Source of the DNA: an uncultured Acidobacteriota bacterium
GTDB taxonomy: Bacteria; Acidobacteriota; UBA6911
Length of the DNA stretch: 64,000 bases
Reading direction: 5' to 3'
NCBI GenBank assembly: GCA_963809485.1
Contig: CAWEJX010000020.1
Span: 1,248,001-1,312,000 of the forward strand
Part shown: one piece after another, positions 10,200 to 20,270 of the stretch
Numbering within the stretch: the stretch's first letter is position 1
Layout: the number at the start of each line of letters is the position of its first letter
Position numbers and translations under genes: made by a program
The notes under the pieces: model-generated
Databases searched by the model: none
Told to the model about the DNA's origin: nothing
Seen by the model: only the letters and a program-made list of their open reading frames with translations

Positions 10200-11277
10200 T
10201 CAGAGGCGGAAGGCGTAGTTCAGCTTAATGCGGAAGCGGGTCTGGTCGGATTCAAAACGATTCATTGAGTTCTCCTGCCAGCTGTGGTTGATCACAACAA
10301 AAAATTCGTTGCCGGGCTTCAAAATCCAGCGCAGCCGGGTTTGAATTCCAATATTTCTGGAGTCCGTATCATACTGAACAAAGCTTGAAAGAGTGATGAA
10401 GGGCGTAAAGCAGTAGTCCAGACGATAAAGAATCAGGCTCGTATCAAAGCTTCCCTCCTTCAACCGAATCCAGTTCTGCTGGAGGCTGAACGATGTGGTG
10501 AAATCCGGCGATCCCGTATGGCTTGATGTCGAGACCGACGCCTTGGGAAGGGTCTTTGATGCCGGAGAGATGGCCGGCCTTGACGGCCTGCGTCACTCGA
10601 ACATCCGGCGAGGGCGAAGCCCATCTTGATTTCTCTCTCCCGCGGGCAAGAAACCGGGAAATATTAAATCCCCACTCTGTATTGCTCAGGTCGAATCCGA
10701 TGGTTTTAAACGGGATCTCGAATTCTGCGGTCCAGCCGGTCCCGTCGATACGCGTACGCACATTCCAGATGCCGTCCCATTCCAAAGCAGCATATTGATT
10801 TTCCGTTATGCGTCCATCCACCATGGCTCCTGCCGCGTTGGTGGAAAAGTAATAGGCGTTGCGGTGGTCATGATATGTGTCGAGTATAATTTCGAGGTTG
10901 TCGTTGCTCGAGAGAGACGCGTCACGGCGCATCTCTGTGGCCACAATCTCTTCGGGCTTGTGGTCCTCGCACCGAATCGCAATGTAGAGAAAATCCTTAG
11001 TATGGGCGAGCCAGACCTTTGTTGCTTCTGTCGGCGGCTCACCGGGATGCGGATCCACCTGCGTCAAAGCAATTATGCCGGGGTCCTCCTGCCATACGGT
11101 CTCGCCCAGGATTCCGTCAATCCGCAGCCTGTCGGAAATGCGCTGGACCGCAACTTCGGGATCGTCTGCGGCCAATAAGGGCAGCGGGGCAAGGGCGATC
11201 GCGACAATTGCAATGGATACAGCATGAGATATTCCACCAAACCTGAAGAGGACATTTACATTCATAGCAAAAAACAT
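10200..11277 (-). pseudogene. CBM9-like/DUF5916 outer-membrane protein with large internal deletion
   Basis: N-terminal sugar-binding domain (IDGIL, LDTYHD, WTAEFEIPF) joined out of frame near 10460 to the last beta-barrel strands (RFRIKLNYAFRL). Confidence 0.7.
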
Positions 11278-11328
11278 TTCATAAGGTCGATCTATGGCGG
11301 AGAAAGAGTCCGGTTCCCTCAAACAAAC

Positions 11329-11590
11329 TCAAACGAGTTGGCCAAGCAAAGTCGGCGCAGGACAGACTCGAATGCCGTCTGTTGTTCGAAAATCTTTGGT
11401 TCCATCGGCGGTGATCTGCCAGAAATCAGCTTTGGGAAAGCGAGCCCTCATATAACGCAAGGGGGGGTGGACGCCTTCATTGCCCCATTTGCATTCTATA
11501 AATCGGATCGGCTGCCGGTTCTCGGTGATCACAAAATCCACTTCGCGGCCCTGTACATCCCTGAAATAACGAAGCTCAAGGTCGCGGCAT
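11329..11590 (-). pseudogene. C-terminal fragment of an AAA ATPase/DUF4143 protein
   Basis: YFRDVQGREVDFV...IECKW nuclease-like motif; no N-terminal ATPase part. Confidence 0.7.
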
Positions 11591-11593
11591 CTG

Positions 11594-12226
11594 GTGGCTG
11601 ATCCGACGGAATCGGGCACGCTTTACACCTATGATGGATATACCAATAAGCCGTTGAGGAGCACTGACCGCGGGAATACATGGACTCCCTACAACATGCG
11701 GATTGACAACGTTGTTGCCGACCCGGTCAACACCGGGACTCTTTATGCACTCTCGGGCGGTGACGTCTATCGCAGTACTGACCGTGGTGGCAACTGGGAC
11801 ATCATCAGCGGGGAGTTGGAAGATGGGGTACAGGCTCTGGCTGTATCTGGATCAAATCCGGCGATGGTGTTTGCCGGCACGCAAGTCAGTGGCATTTACA
11901 GGACGCAAGCCAGCGGCATGAACAAGAGCGCAGGCGTACTAACGCTCGATCATATGAAGTATTGTATAGGAGAGTCGTGGAGATTGGATATTGCTGAGGC
12001 TCCGGCGGATATGGCGATCGGGTTGGTAGGAATCTCAAACGGCGTTCCATGGAAAGTGCGGGATTGGGCGAGGACCGATCAGAACGGGAACTTTAGCGAA
12101 AGCGGGATGTTTGGCAGCGACGGCCAGGGGCTTCACCAATTGCATATAGAGATCGGCGGGATTAATTCAAACACGGTTTCATTCATTGTTTCCAACTGTT
12201 CGGGTACGGGGGACTGGGATTATTAA
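11594..12226 (+). pseudogene. 5'-truncated BNR/Asp-box repeat protein
   Basis: RSTDRGNTW and RSTDRGGNW Asp-boxes; begins mid-propeller, abutting the DUF4143 fragment. Confidence 0.65.
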
Positions 12227-12567
12227 CTCGATCTGGTGATTTCGAGGGATCGTTGCGGATTTCACCTGTCCGAGTGCCACCGTTGCAGCCAATAACCAAG
12301 CTGTTCATGTCGACAAGAAACGACCAAATTGGAAATTGATAGCGATACGTCAGCTGGGACTGACTTTATTCCGGTCTACCGCACATTGCTTGCGACAAGG
12401 GGAGATCAGGGGTATTTGATAGGAATTTGCGTTCTTTGGATTGCGAAGGAGATTCAGACTGTGTCCCTGTAAATACCACGCCAAGGCTCCGTCCAGATTA
12501 GGGGTTGAAATCACAGGATCTTCTTTGGGAGCAGGTAGTCGATCAAAACGCGTTTAGGATGGATTGC

Positions 12568-13167
12568 CTATTTTGCGGCGATCCGCAGCTCTTTCCGGAT
12601 ACCCTCTGCCAGCCATTGGCGGATAAGGGTCTGATAAGGAATCGCTTTCATCGTGGCGAGTTTCTTGAGCGCGATGATTTGAGCGGGATCCAGCTTTATC
12701 GAAATGTTCTGTAAGCGCCGGAGCCGCTTGCCCTTAAGTATTTGCTCTCGAAGCTCTTCGTTTAGAGCAAATTCAACCGTTGTGCTCTGGATTTCACTGA
12801 GTATGCCATGTTTTGAATAATACTCGGCCGGCGTCTCTCCAATCATGCTTCCATGCTTTCTGATACTCCCGCCTTTCTTGGTTGTCATGTAAAACCGCCT
12901 TTCCGCATTGTCCATATCCCACCCGGTGATAACTCGAACGGTGCTCTTTCCCTTATTTTCAAACACGACTACAAGCAAACGACCCGCTACGGTCCGGCCA
13001 AAGGCAGCATAGTGCCCCCATTCCGTTTTCCGAATTACCGGCGATATTGCGAAGATTTCTTCCGCCTCTTCCGGCTCGATGCCATGCCCGAGCGCCAGAT
13101 GCAGAATATTTGCATGGTCCGCGATTTGAGGATATGCTTTCCAAGTATCAAGTTTCTCACACACCAC
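12568..13167 (-). CDS. BrnT toxin domain in frame with a BrnA/CopG antitoxin
   Basis: HGIEPEEAEEIF...GRTVAGRLLVVVF...RVITGWDM (BrnT) followed by ISIKLD...IPYQTLIRQWL (RHH); possible internal ATG at 12888. Confidence 0.75.
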   Translation of the reverse strand: MVCEKLDTWKAYPQIADHANILHLALGHGIEPEEAEEIFAISPVIRKTEWGHYAAFGRTVAGRLLVVVFENKGKSTVRVITGWDMDNAERRFYMTTKKGGSIRKHGSMIGETPAEYYSKHGILSEIQSTTVEFALNEELREQILKGKRLRRLQNISIKLDPAQIIALKKLATMKAIPYQTLIRQWLAEGIRKELRIAAK

Positions 13168-13181
13168 GGGAGGAACCTATC

Positions 13182-13388
13182 ATGTCCGTTGCTCGTGTTA
13201 CCGAAATCAAAGCGTCGTCCCCCAAGAGCTTTGAGGACGCCATACAATCGGGCGTCAGCCGTGCGTCCAAGACGCTTAAAAACGTCAAGTCGGCCTGGAT
13301 TGAAAACCAGGAGGTTTTGGTGGACGATAAGGGCAAGGTGACGGAATACCGCGTTCAGATGAAAGTTACCTTCATCCTGGAAAAGTAA
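13182..13388 (+). CDS. Dodecin family protein
   Basis: MSVARVTEIKASSPKSFEDAI...YRVQMKVTFILE; GGGAGG RBS. Confidence 0.92.
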   Translation: MSVARVTEIKASSPKSFEDAIQSGVSRASKTLKNVKSAWIENQEVLVDDKGKVTEYRVQMKVTFILEK

Positions 13389-13790
13389 TCACCCTGCCGG
13401 CGAAAAATAAATTGTTTGAGGACACACTGTATCGTTGGAAACGTTACAGGTCCGTCTTGCCGGTCCCGGCAAAATGCTACATCCGCCCGCTTATCCAAAG
13501 TGAACGGAAAGCGCGCTGTGATTTGGGACTTACAGAAACCAGCGCATTGCATTGAGATCAAGGCCCGGGCATGAGGGTTTCCTCTGATTCCGATCAGCCG
13601 ATCCGTCCCTCCGGGCTCCGTCGTTGTAGCCAAATGGATTGAACAGGCCAAAACAATGCAGGCAGCGCTCTTTTACTGAGGCCTGTCAGGAAATGACCGG
13701 CCACAGGCTCTCCTCCCTGTCGGGACCTGCGGAGTCCGGGAAGTGTGGCAATGTATAAATCAATCAACCTGATGATTCATAGGAGAAATT

Positions 13791-14204
13791 ATGGACCGTT
13801 TTGAGGAACTCAAATCGAAGTATCAATCCGTGTTGCGGCTTATCGAACAAAAGAAGCTTCAGATGCACAATCTTCACGTGCAGGACAACAAGCTGTTCAT
13901 CAAAGCTTCCGCGGGCACGGAAGAGATCAAGAACTCCATCTGGAACCAGATCAAGTTGGTGGATCCGCTCTTCGCCGATGTCTCCTGCAATATCATCATC
14001 GATCCCAAACTCGCTCCCCCGAAACCGGCTGCGCCGGAGGTGAAAACCTACACGGTGAAGCCAGGGGATACTCTCTCCAAGATCGCAAAGCAGTACTATG
14101 GGAATGCCAATAGTTATATGAAAATTTTCGAAGCCAACAAAGATCAGCTCAATGATCCAAACCTGATCAAGGTGGGGCAGGTGCTTAAAATCCCGAATGC
14201 CTAA
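13791..14204 (+). CDS. LysM peptidoglycan-binding protein (Kbp/YgaU-like)
   Basis: YTVKPGDTLSKIAKQYYG...IFEANKDQLNDPNLIKVGQVLKIP. Confidence 0.92.
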   Translation: MDRFEELKSKYQSVLRLIEQKKLQMHNLHVQDNKLFIKASAGTEEIKNSIWNQIKLVDPLFADVSCNIIIDPKLAPPKPAAPEVKTYTVKPGDTLSKIAKQYYGNANSYMKIFEANKDQLNDPNLIKVGQVLKIPNA

Positions 14205-14670
14205 TCCGGCCGACATTCAGGACTTCGGAGCTGAGATCGAGGCGTCGCTGGGTCCGGAACTGGAGAAGCATATCATCACCAAAACCAGCTGCATATCCAT
14301 TCCGGCAAATCTGCCGCATTGCCCGCTGCACATCAAGAAGGTCACTAAGCCTATTGTGTTTCTCGAAATTTCGCTTACCCCTGCCTACAAGGCAGTCGAG
14401 GGCAGCAAGCGCGAGGAAGGAGGACGTTTCTGATATAAACGCAACACATTGGGGACCAGGGGAAAGAACCCTACTATGGCAATTTCCAAATTCCGTTGTC
14501 CAAAGGGTAGGCAAACAGGAAGAGGATTATGGTGCGGACCCTGATAAATCGGGATACTGAGATCGCGCGGCCTTCCTATGAAAGGAGGGCTGACTACCCA
14601 ACCCCTGATTTTTTACGCAGCGCAGCCTCTTGTGGGAATGCTCAAATGGGGAATGGAGCAGCTTGTCTCC

Positions 14671-16974
14671 CTATTTTCCCAGCACCTCTCTGACCGTTTT
14701 CAACAGGAAGTCGGTGCTGACAGGTTTTGCGATGGCGCCATCTGCGGCCACAAGCTGTTCCATTTCAAGGAAACGGCCGCCTGTCGCCTCTAAAATCACG
14801 ATGATGGCGGCGCCTGAAAACTTTTCTCGCAATTCCCGAACGGCATCGATCGCCTGCCGATCCGCAGGCGGCAGTTCCGTGATCACCAAGTCTACGGGAT
14901 TCGCCTGCTCGGATTCACCGACGACGTCATAGCCTTCGCGGCTCAGCAGCAGACCCAGTCTGCTGCTGAGATCCTCGGCAGCCAGCACCAGCACCCTGCT
15001 CAGCAATTTCGGGGGCCCCAGGACCTCGCGCACCTTCATCGCGAGCTGCTCCGGGGTGAATGGCTTCTCCACCAGGGTCAGACCTTCCTCCAGAATTCCC
15101 CGGTTCGCAATAATGTTGGATGAATAGCCGGACATGTAGAGGACTTTGAGTAACGGCCGCAGCTGCGCGAGCTGCAGGGCCAAGTCGCGCCCGCTCATAC
15201 CAGGCATTATCACATCGGTCAGGACCAGATCGATATCTCCGCTTTCCCGTTCGGCGATTTGCAGCGCGGCATGCCCATCCTCGGCGGTGAGCGCCCGGTA
15301 GCCGTATGCCTTCAACGCAGCCACGGTGTAGGCCCGGACTTCCGTTTCGTCCTCCACCACCAGGACAGTTTCTTTCCCGAAGAGCTTGGAAGACACTTCT
15401 GCGCTCTTTGGGAGAGAAACCGCGCCCTGCATCTTCGGGAGCAAAATCCTGAATGTCGTTCCGCCGCCCGGGATGCTCTTGACCTGAACCTGGCCGCCGC
15501 TCTGGATAACGATGCCGTAAATGGTCGAGAGTCCGAGGCCGCTCCCCTTGCCTGTTTCCTTTGTGGTGAAGTAGGGCTCAAACAGGTGGCTCTGGGTGGC
15601 CTCGTCCATCCCCATGCCCGTGTCGGTGACCGCGATTTCAACCCGGGAAGCCAGGATGTTTCCGGCCTGTCCGGTTTCGTCCTCGTCCGGCACCCTGGTT
15701 TCTATAATCAGGCTACCGCCGTCGGGCATGGCGTCCCGGGCATTGACGACCAGATTCATGAGGATCTGATCGAACTGGCCCGGATCCGCGTATATGGCGG
15801 CATCGTGAGCATTCAATGTCAATATCAGGCGCACATCTTCCCCCAATAAACGGGCGATCAAGTACCGCATTTGGCTGATAGTCGCATCCACGATCAATGG
15901 TTGGGGGTGGAGGATCTGTTTGCGGCTGAACGCCAGAAGCTGGCGTGTGAGGCTGGCCGCGCGAAGCCCGACGGCCCTGATATCGGTGACGATTTCCCGG
16001 TGCGGATCATCCTGCGCCAGCTCTCTGAGGAGCAGATCGCCGTACCCGGTGATCACGGTCAGCAGGTTGTTGAAGTCATGAGCTATACCGCCGGCAAGCC
16101 GGCCGACGCTCTCCAGCTTCTGCGCCTGCAGCAGCTGTTCCTGCAGCCTGGCTTTTTCAGCTTCCGCCTGCTTCTGCTCGGTGATATCCATGTGCGTGCC
16201 TACCATTCTGACCGCACGGCCTTCTGAATCCCTTTCCACCACCGTGCCGCGGCTCAGGATCCAGCACCAGTCGCCGCTTTTTTTTCGCATGCGCAATTCC
16301 ACGCGGAATTTCTTGTTCTCGTAAATATGCTCCGCGTGCGCCCTGTCAACCCGCCCGATATCCTCCGGATGGATCAAAGCTCTCCAGGAGTCGTAGTCTT
16401 TTGCAAACTCCTCGGGTTCATACCCGAGCATGCGGGAGTAGCCCTCGCTGAACACGGCGGGACCTTTTCGAATATCCCAGTCCCACACCCCTTCACTGTT
16501 TCCTTCCAGGGCAATCCGCAGCCGTTCCTCGCTTCTCCGCAGGGCTTCGCGGGCCTGCCTCTCTTCAGTAACCTCCACGACCACCACGCTCACACCCAAA
16601 ATCCTGCCGTCATCCTTCAGCGGATAATAGCTGGCAATCCAGTCCCGTTCGACTCCAGGTTGGGCGGGAGTCTCCCCGTGGACTTTGCATTGCAGAATAG
16701 GCTTGCCGGTTTCCAATACGCTCCGAAAGAGAGACTCCAGGTTGTCAGCGAGCTCCGGCAATACTTCTCTGATCCTGCGGCCAAGATGCCCGGCAACGCT
16801 CACGCCGTTGATCTCGGAGAGACGTTCATTCATGCGCACGAACCTGAGGTCGCGGTCCACCAGGCACAGTCCCACGGGTGCGTTGGCGTATATGGCCTCC
16901 AATTCCGCAATCTGCTGCCGGCTCCGAAACTCGACTGCGCGTATTTCCAGCTCTGGCAATTTCTCCGTAGACAT
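14671..16974 (-). CDS. Hybrid PAS-PAS sensor histidine kinase with receiver domains
   Basis: Two PAS domains, AHDFNNLL H-box, GSGLGL G-box, REC plus a degenerate second REC. Confidence 0.92.
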   Translation of the reverse strand: MSTEKLPELEIRAVEFRSRQQIAELEAIYANAPVGLCLVDRDLRFVRMNERLSEINGVSVAGHLGRRIREVLPELADNLESLFRSVLETGKPILQCKVHGETPAQPGVERDWIASYYPLKDDGRILGVSVVVVEVTEERQAREALRRSEERLRIALEGNSEGVWDWDIRKGPAVFSEGYSRMLGYEPEEFAKDYDSWRALIHPEDIGRVDRAHAEHIYENKKFRVELRMRKKSGDWCWILSRGTVVERDSEGRAVRMVGTHMDITEQKQAEAEKARLQEQLLQAQKLESVGRLAGGIAHDFNNLLTVITGYGDLLLRELAQDDPHREIVTDIRAVGLRAASLTRQLLAFSRKQILHPQPLIVDATISQMRYLIARLLGEDVRLILTLNAHDAAIYADPGQFDQILMNLVVNARDAMPDGGSLIIETRVPDEDETGQAGNILASRVEIAVTDTGMGMDEATQSHLFEPYFTTKETGKGSGLGLSTIYGIVIQSGGQVQVKSIPGGGTTFRILLPKMQGAVSLPKSAEVSSKLFGKETVLVVEDETEVRAYTVAALKAYGYRALTAEDGHAALQIAERESGDIDLVLTDVIMPGMSGRDLALQLAQLRPLLKVLYMSGYSSNIIANRGILEEGLTLVEKPFTPEQLAMKVREVLGPPKLLSRVLVLAAEDLSSRLGLLLSREGYDVVGESEQANPVDLVITELPPADRQAIDAVRELREKFSGAAIIVILEATGGRFLEMEQLVAADGAIAKPVSTDFLLKTVREVLGK

Positions 16975-17146
16975 GACGACCTCCCGCCGGGAACACACCC
17001 TTTCCTGGCACCCGCCGCGGCCAAGGGAAATATTGTTGACTAATTTTTTATCTTAGCTCAATTTAATTGGTTCTTTAACTTTTTTAGTTCCGCCCCGCGG
17101 CCTGTAATGGTTTACAGATGCCGTGCGGGAGGCGTAGCGGAACTGT

Positions 17147-17560
17147 ATGACCGAACCTGCTTCATCCGGAAAGCGCCAGACTGAAGGAACTGTGCTGGTC
17201 GTCGATGACGAACTGCACACTGCCAAGGCCGCGTCGCGTCTCCTGAGCTCCATGGGATTTGAGGTTCAAATCGCTACGGGAGGCCTCAAGGCTGTAGAAA
17301 TCTGTGGAAATCGCGGCGCCGAGATCGACCTCGTTCTTCTCGACCTGGTTTTGCCGGACATGACCAGCCTGGAAACTCTTCGTCGGATCCGCTCTCTGCG
17401 CCCCGGCATCAAGGTGGTTCTCACGAGCGGTTACGGCAGGCAGGAATCCTTACAGAATTTCGCGGACATGCAGCTCCAGGGATTCGTGGAAAAGCCGTAC
17501 GGCTATACTGAGCTCGAGAGCTTGATCCGGGCAGTTCTAAGGCCCAATCGGCGGGAGTGA
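17147..17560 (+). CDS. Single-domain response regulator
   Basis: VLVVDDE, LLDLVLP, TSGY and KPY motifs. Confidence 0.9.
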   Translation: MTEPASSGKRQTEGTVLVVDDELHTAKAASRLLSSMGFEVQIATGGLKAVEICGNRGAEIDLVLLDLVLPDMTSLETLRRIRSLRPGIKVVLTSGYGRQESLQNFADMQLQGFVEKPYGYTELESLIRAVLRPNRRE

Positions 17561-17926
17561 TGGTCTGCGTTTCTTTTGGGGCCTCGAGCCTCAGCGTTTA
17601 AGAAAGCCGACGTCCGAAGGGGAATTCCCGTGAACACCCTGAATCCGCGTGTCATGAGTCTCCCGCGCTGATCGACGAATTCGGATCATTAGTCGGCCAC
17701 GGTTAGTAGCCTTGGCTTTGGCCTGCCCTTCAAAGCGAGATTGATCACGTGTCGGAAGGCCCCGCCGGGGTCTGTCACGCCGGGAAAACCCTGTGGCCCT
17801 AAGCATCCCGCTGCTGTTTATCGTGGCACGAACGGCAGCTTTAGCACAATCCGTGACACAAGAAGGAAAGTACGATGTCGCTGCTTAGGATGAGGAGCTG
17901 TAAGTCTTTTGAATCCAGAGGATTTG

Positions 17927-17972
17927 TGGTGCGCCCGGCGTGACTCGAACTTGCGGCCTTTTGATTCTAGTC
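17927..17972 (-). mobile_element. 3' half of tRNA-Arg(ACG), probable att site at a genomic-island end
   Basis: Minus strand GACTAGAATCAAAAGGCCGCAAGTTCGAGTCACGCCGGGCGCACCA has an anticodon-arm remnant, T-loop and CCA; no D-arm or 5' half. Confidence 0.75.
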
Positions 17973-18100
17973 CCTCCTGGGGCGCTTTTTTGCAACTCTG
18001 CACAAATCAATATTTTGCGGGAAAGCCGCATGGATATTGGTTATTATAGGGATCTATGATTTGTCCACCGAATCCACGCAAGTCCGTTTTTGCCTCCCAT

Positions 18101-18122
18101 TTACCCCCAAAATAGCCCCCAA
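18101..18122. repeat. Direct repeat resembling integrase arm-type sites
   Basis: ttacccccaaaatagcccccaa, about 130 bp inside the tRNA fragment. Confidence 0.55.
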
Positions 18123-18176
18123 GATTTACCGGCCTATTGAAAGCACCGCTCCCAAGAAATGCCGGTTCAGGAAATC

Positions 18177-18935
18177 TCATTTTTCTTTGGTTCCTTCAGG
18201 ATTGCTCTGAGCTTCGCCATATCGTGATTCCAGATCATTCAGCCATTCATCAATGGCCTGGAGGTGGAGGGCGATCGCATCATCGGTGCCTCCTGGAACC
18301 GCCCGACCATGAGCGGCGCAGTATTCTGTGAGCGACGCCTCAATGTCCTGCCACAAAGATAAGGGCGCGCGATCCATCTCTTGGCCCGACTCAGGGGATC
18401 CCGAGTCCGCCGGCGGATCCCCCTGAAACGCACCAGCATCGTTGTCAACCTTGCCTTGGACGGCGAGCCGCTCGAGGAGCCCCACCATGCGCCGGTAGAG
18501 CTCGCCGTACCGGCGCGACCATTCCAAATATGGCCCGACGCCCTGCGATTCGAGGAAGGTTTCGATTGTTCCATTGCGGCCGACTTCGGCCTTACATTCG
18601 GGCTGCAACGGGTACAGGGCAAATCGCTCGACACCCGTCTCGTCGGTCATTCGTCCCAGGGGGTAAAGCCGGCACACCAAAGGCCTTTGGCTATGTACCC
18701 TGCATCCAGACGCCGCCGCAAAGACGCAGCGACCTTCCGCATCAGAGCGAAGCGTCGTGCCGCCGTTGTCGGCATACAGGGATAGAAACTCGGTTGTACT
18801 TATCCCCAGGAGGCGCGACATCCCCAGGACCTCATGAGGACCGGCCATGATAACCTTGCCCGTGCAGCAGCTGCTGCACGCGCGGCACAGAAAAGAGAAG
18901 GCGCGCCGGCGGCTGAGTTGGAATTTAAGAGGCAC
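18177..18935 (-). CDS. YkgJ family cysteine-cluster (Zn/Fe) protein
   Basis: CRACSSCC...CVF...CRVHSQRPLVCRLYP. Confidence 0.88.
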   Translation of the reverse strand: MPLKFQLSRRRAFSFLCRACSSCCTGKVIMAGPHEVLGMSRLLGISTTEFLSLYADNGGTTLRSDAEGRCVFAAASGCRVHSQRPLVCRLYPLGRMTDETGVERFALYPLQPECKAEVGRNGTIETFLESQGVGPYLEWSRRYGELYRRMVGLLERLAVQGKVDNDAGAFQGDPPADSGSPESGQEMDRAPLSLWQDIEASLTEYCAAHGRAVPGGTDDAIALHLQAIDEWLNDLESRYGEAQSNPEGTKEK

Positions 18936-18939
18936 GGCT

Positions 18940-19260
18940 TCAATGCTTGCCTTGGATCGTTCCCAGGCTCCTCAGCAACTGGCCGGCCCGGAACAGCTTG
19001 ATCTCGACGGTTGCATTTACATCGGACTCAAGGTGCTTCATAACCTTAGACGGGATTGCCGCGGAGTGCAGGAGTTCGTTGCCCGCGTACCATTTGATTT
19101 CAGCCTGCTGCCACCTGACCTGGAGGTGCTTGTCCTGGACGACCCCTAGAGTCTGGCTGCCATAGAGAAAGCCGAAGGAGGTGCAGAAGGCCGCAGCCGT
19201 CCCGGCGAGCCTGAAGACATCTCGCCGGGTGACGGGATTCTGTTCTGCTTTTTTTCCCAT
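18940..19260 (-). CDS. Small protein with a Tat signal
   Basis: VTRRDVFRLAGTAAAF twin-arginine motif; stop lies 4 bp before the YkgJ gene. Confidence 0.7.
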   Translation of the reverse strand: MGKKAEQNPVTRRDVFRLAGTAAAFCTSFGFLYGSQTLGVVQDKHLQVRWQQAEIKWYAGNELLHSAAIPSKVMKHLESDVNATVEIKLFRAGQLLRSLGTIQGKH

Positions 19261-19379
19261 GCTTGCATGCTAAGCACCACCTTGGGGATTGTCAAGGCCG
19301 ATTGACTCTCCCTTGTTGGGTGGAACGCGCCCTCTGCGACAGCTCCCTCTATAATGTCCTGACGGAAACTCGCAAGCTC

Positions 19380-19590
19380 TCAGGACACGGCCATGCGGGA
19401 AACCGAGGGCGAGCGACGGATTACGTCCCATAGCCCGACTTCGGATCCAGGAGAAATACCATCTTTCCGAATCTCATTGGGCTTACCGACCTGCTGGAGT
19501 TCTGCCTGGTGCATGACAGCGATCCTATCGGCCAGCGCCATCGCTTCATTTTGATCGTGGGTAACACAAACCATGGTTTTCCGGAGTTGC
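19380..19590 (-). pseudogene. Fragment of a sugar/polyamine ABC ATPase
   Basis: TMVCVTHDQNEAMALADRIAVM...QQVGKP H-loop region only. Confidence 0.7.
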
Positions 19591-19619
19591 GAATTAGCCG
19601 GCATTATAATGGAGGCGCC

Positions 19620-20270
19620 TCAGGAGGAGCGCTCGGCCGTGATGATGCCATGCTCTATGGCATAGCGCGTGAAATCCGCAACGGTCCGTAAATTCAGTTC
19701 ACGCATGAGCTTGGCTTTGTGGAACTCTACGGTTTTCACGGAAATATTCAAAATGTCCGCAATCTCCTTGCGGCTTCGCCCCTCGGCTGCCAGCTGCAAA
19801 ACCTCTCGCTGGCGCGGGGTCATGCGATCCGCGAACTTGCCTTCCGGTTTTGAAGACGAAATCAGCAACTCCAGGGTGTTATGCGTGACCAGCGGGCTCA
19901 CATAGTAATTTCCCTTCAATACCGTGTGGATGGCGGTGAGCAGTTCGGAGGCCGCCGCGCGCTTCAGTAGGTATCCCTTCGCGCCTGCCCGGAATGCTTC
20001 GGCAACATAGTCGGCCCCCGAGTGCATCGTTACAAAAATCAACCTGGCCGAAGGCAGAAGCTTCCTGAGCTGCCGAGCTGCATCAATTCCATTCAGAAGC
20101 GGCATGGATATATCGAGAAGGATTACGTCGGGCTTCAGATTCTTTGCAGCGGCCAGAAGCGCATGGCCATCCTCCACGCTTCCCACCAGGTCAAACTCCG
20201 GCTCCAGAAGCAACCGGATTCCTTCCAGCAATAGAGTATGATCATCGGCGAGCAGAAGCCGCGGTTTCAT
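19620..20270 (-). CDS. NarL/LuxR family response regulator
   Basis: REC domain plus TPRQREVLQL...ISVKTVEFH HTH. Confidence 0.93.
   Translation of the reverse strand: MKPRLLLADDHTLLLEGIRLLLEPEFDLVGSVEDGHALLAAAKNLKPDVILLDISMPLLNGIDAARQLRKLLPSARLIFVTMHSGADYVAEAFRAGAKGYLLKRAAASELLTAIHTVLKGNYYVSPLVTHNTLELLISSSKPEGKFADRMTPRQREVLQLAAEGRSRKEIADILNISVKTVEFHKAKLMRELNLRTVADFTRYAIEHGIITAERSS

Noticed and set aside
17927-17972. Functional tRNA gene
   Set aside because: The 5' half and D-arm are absent and the anticodon loop is damaged.
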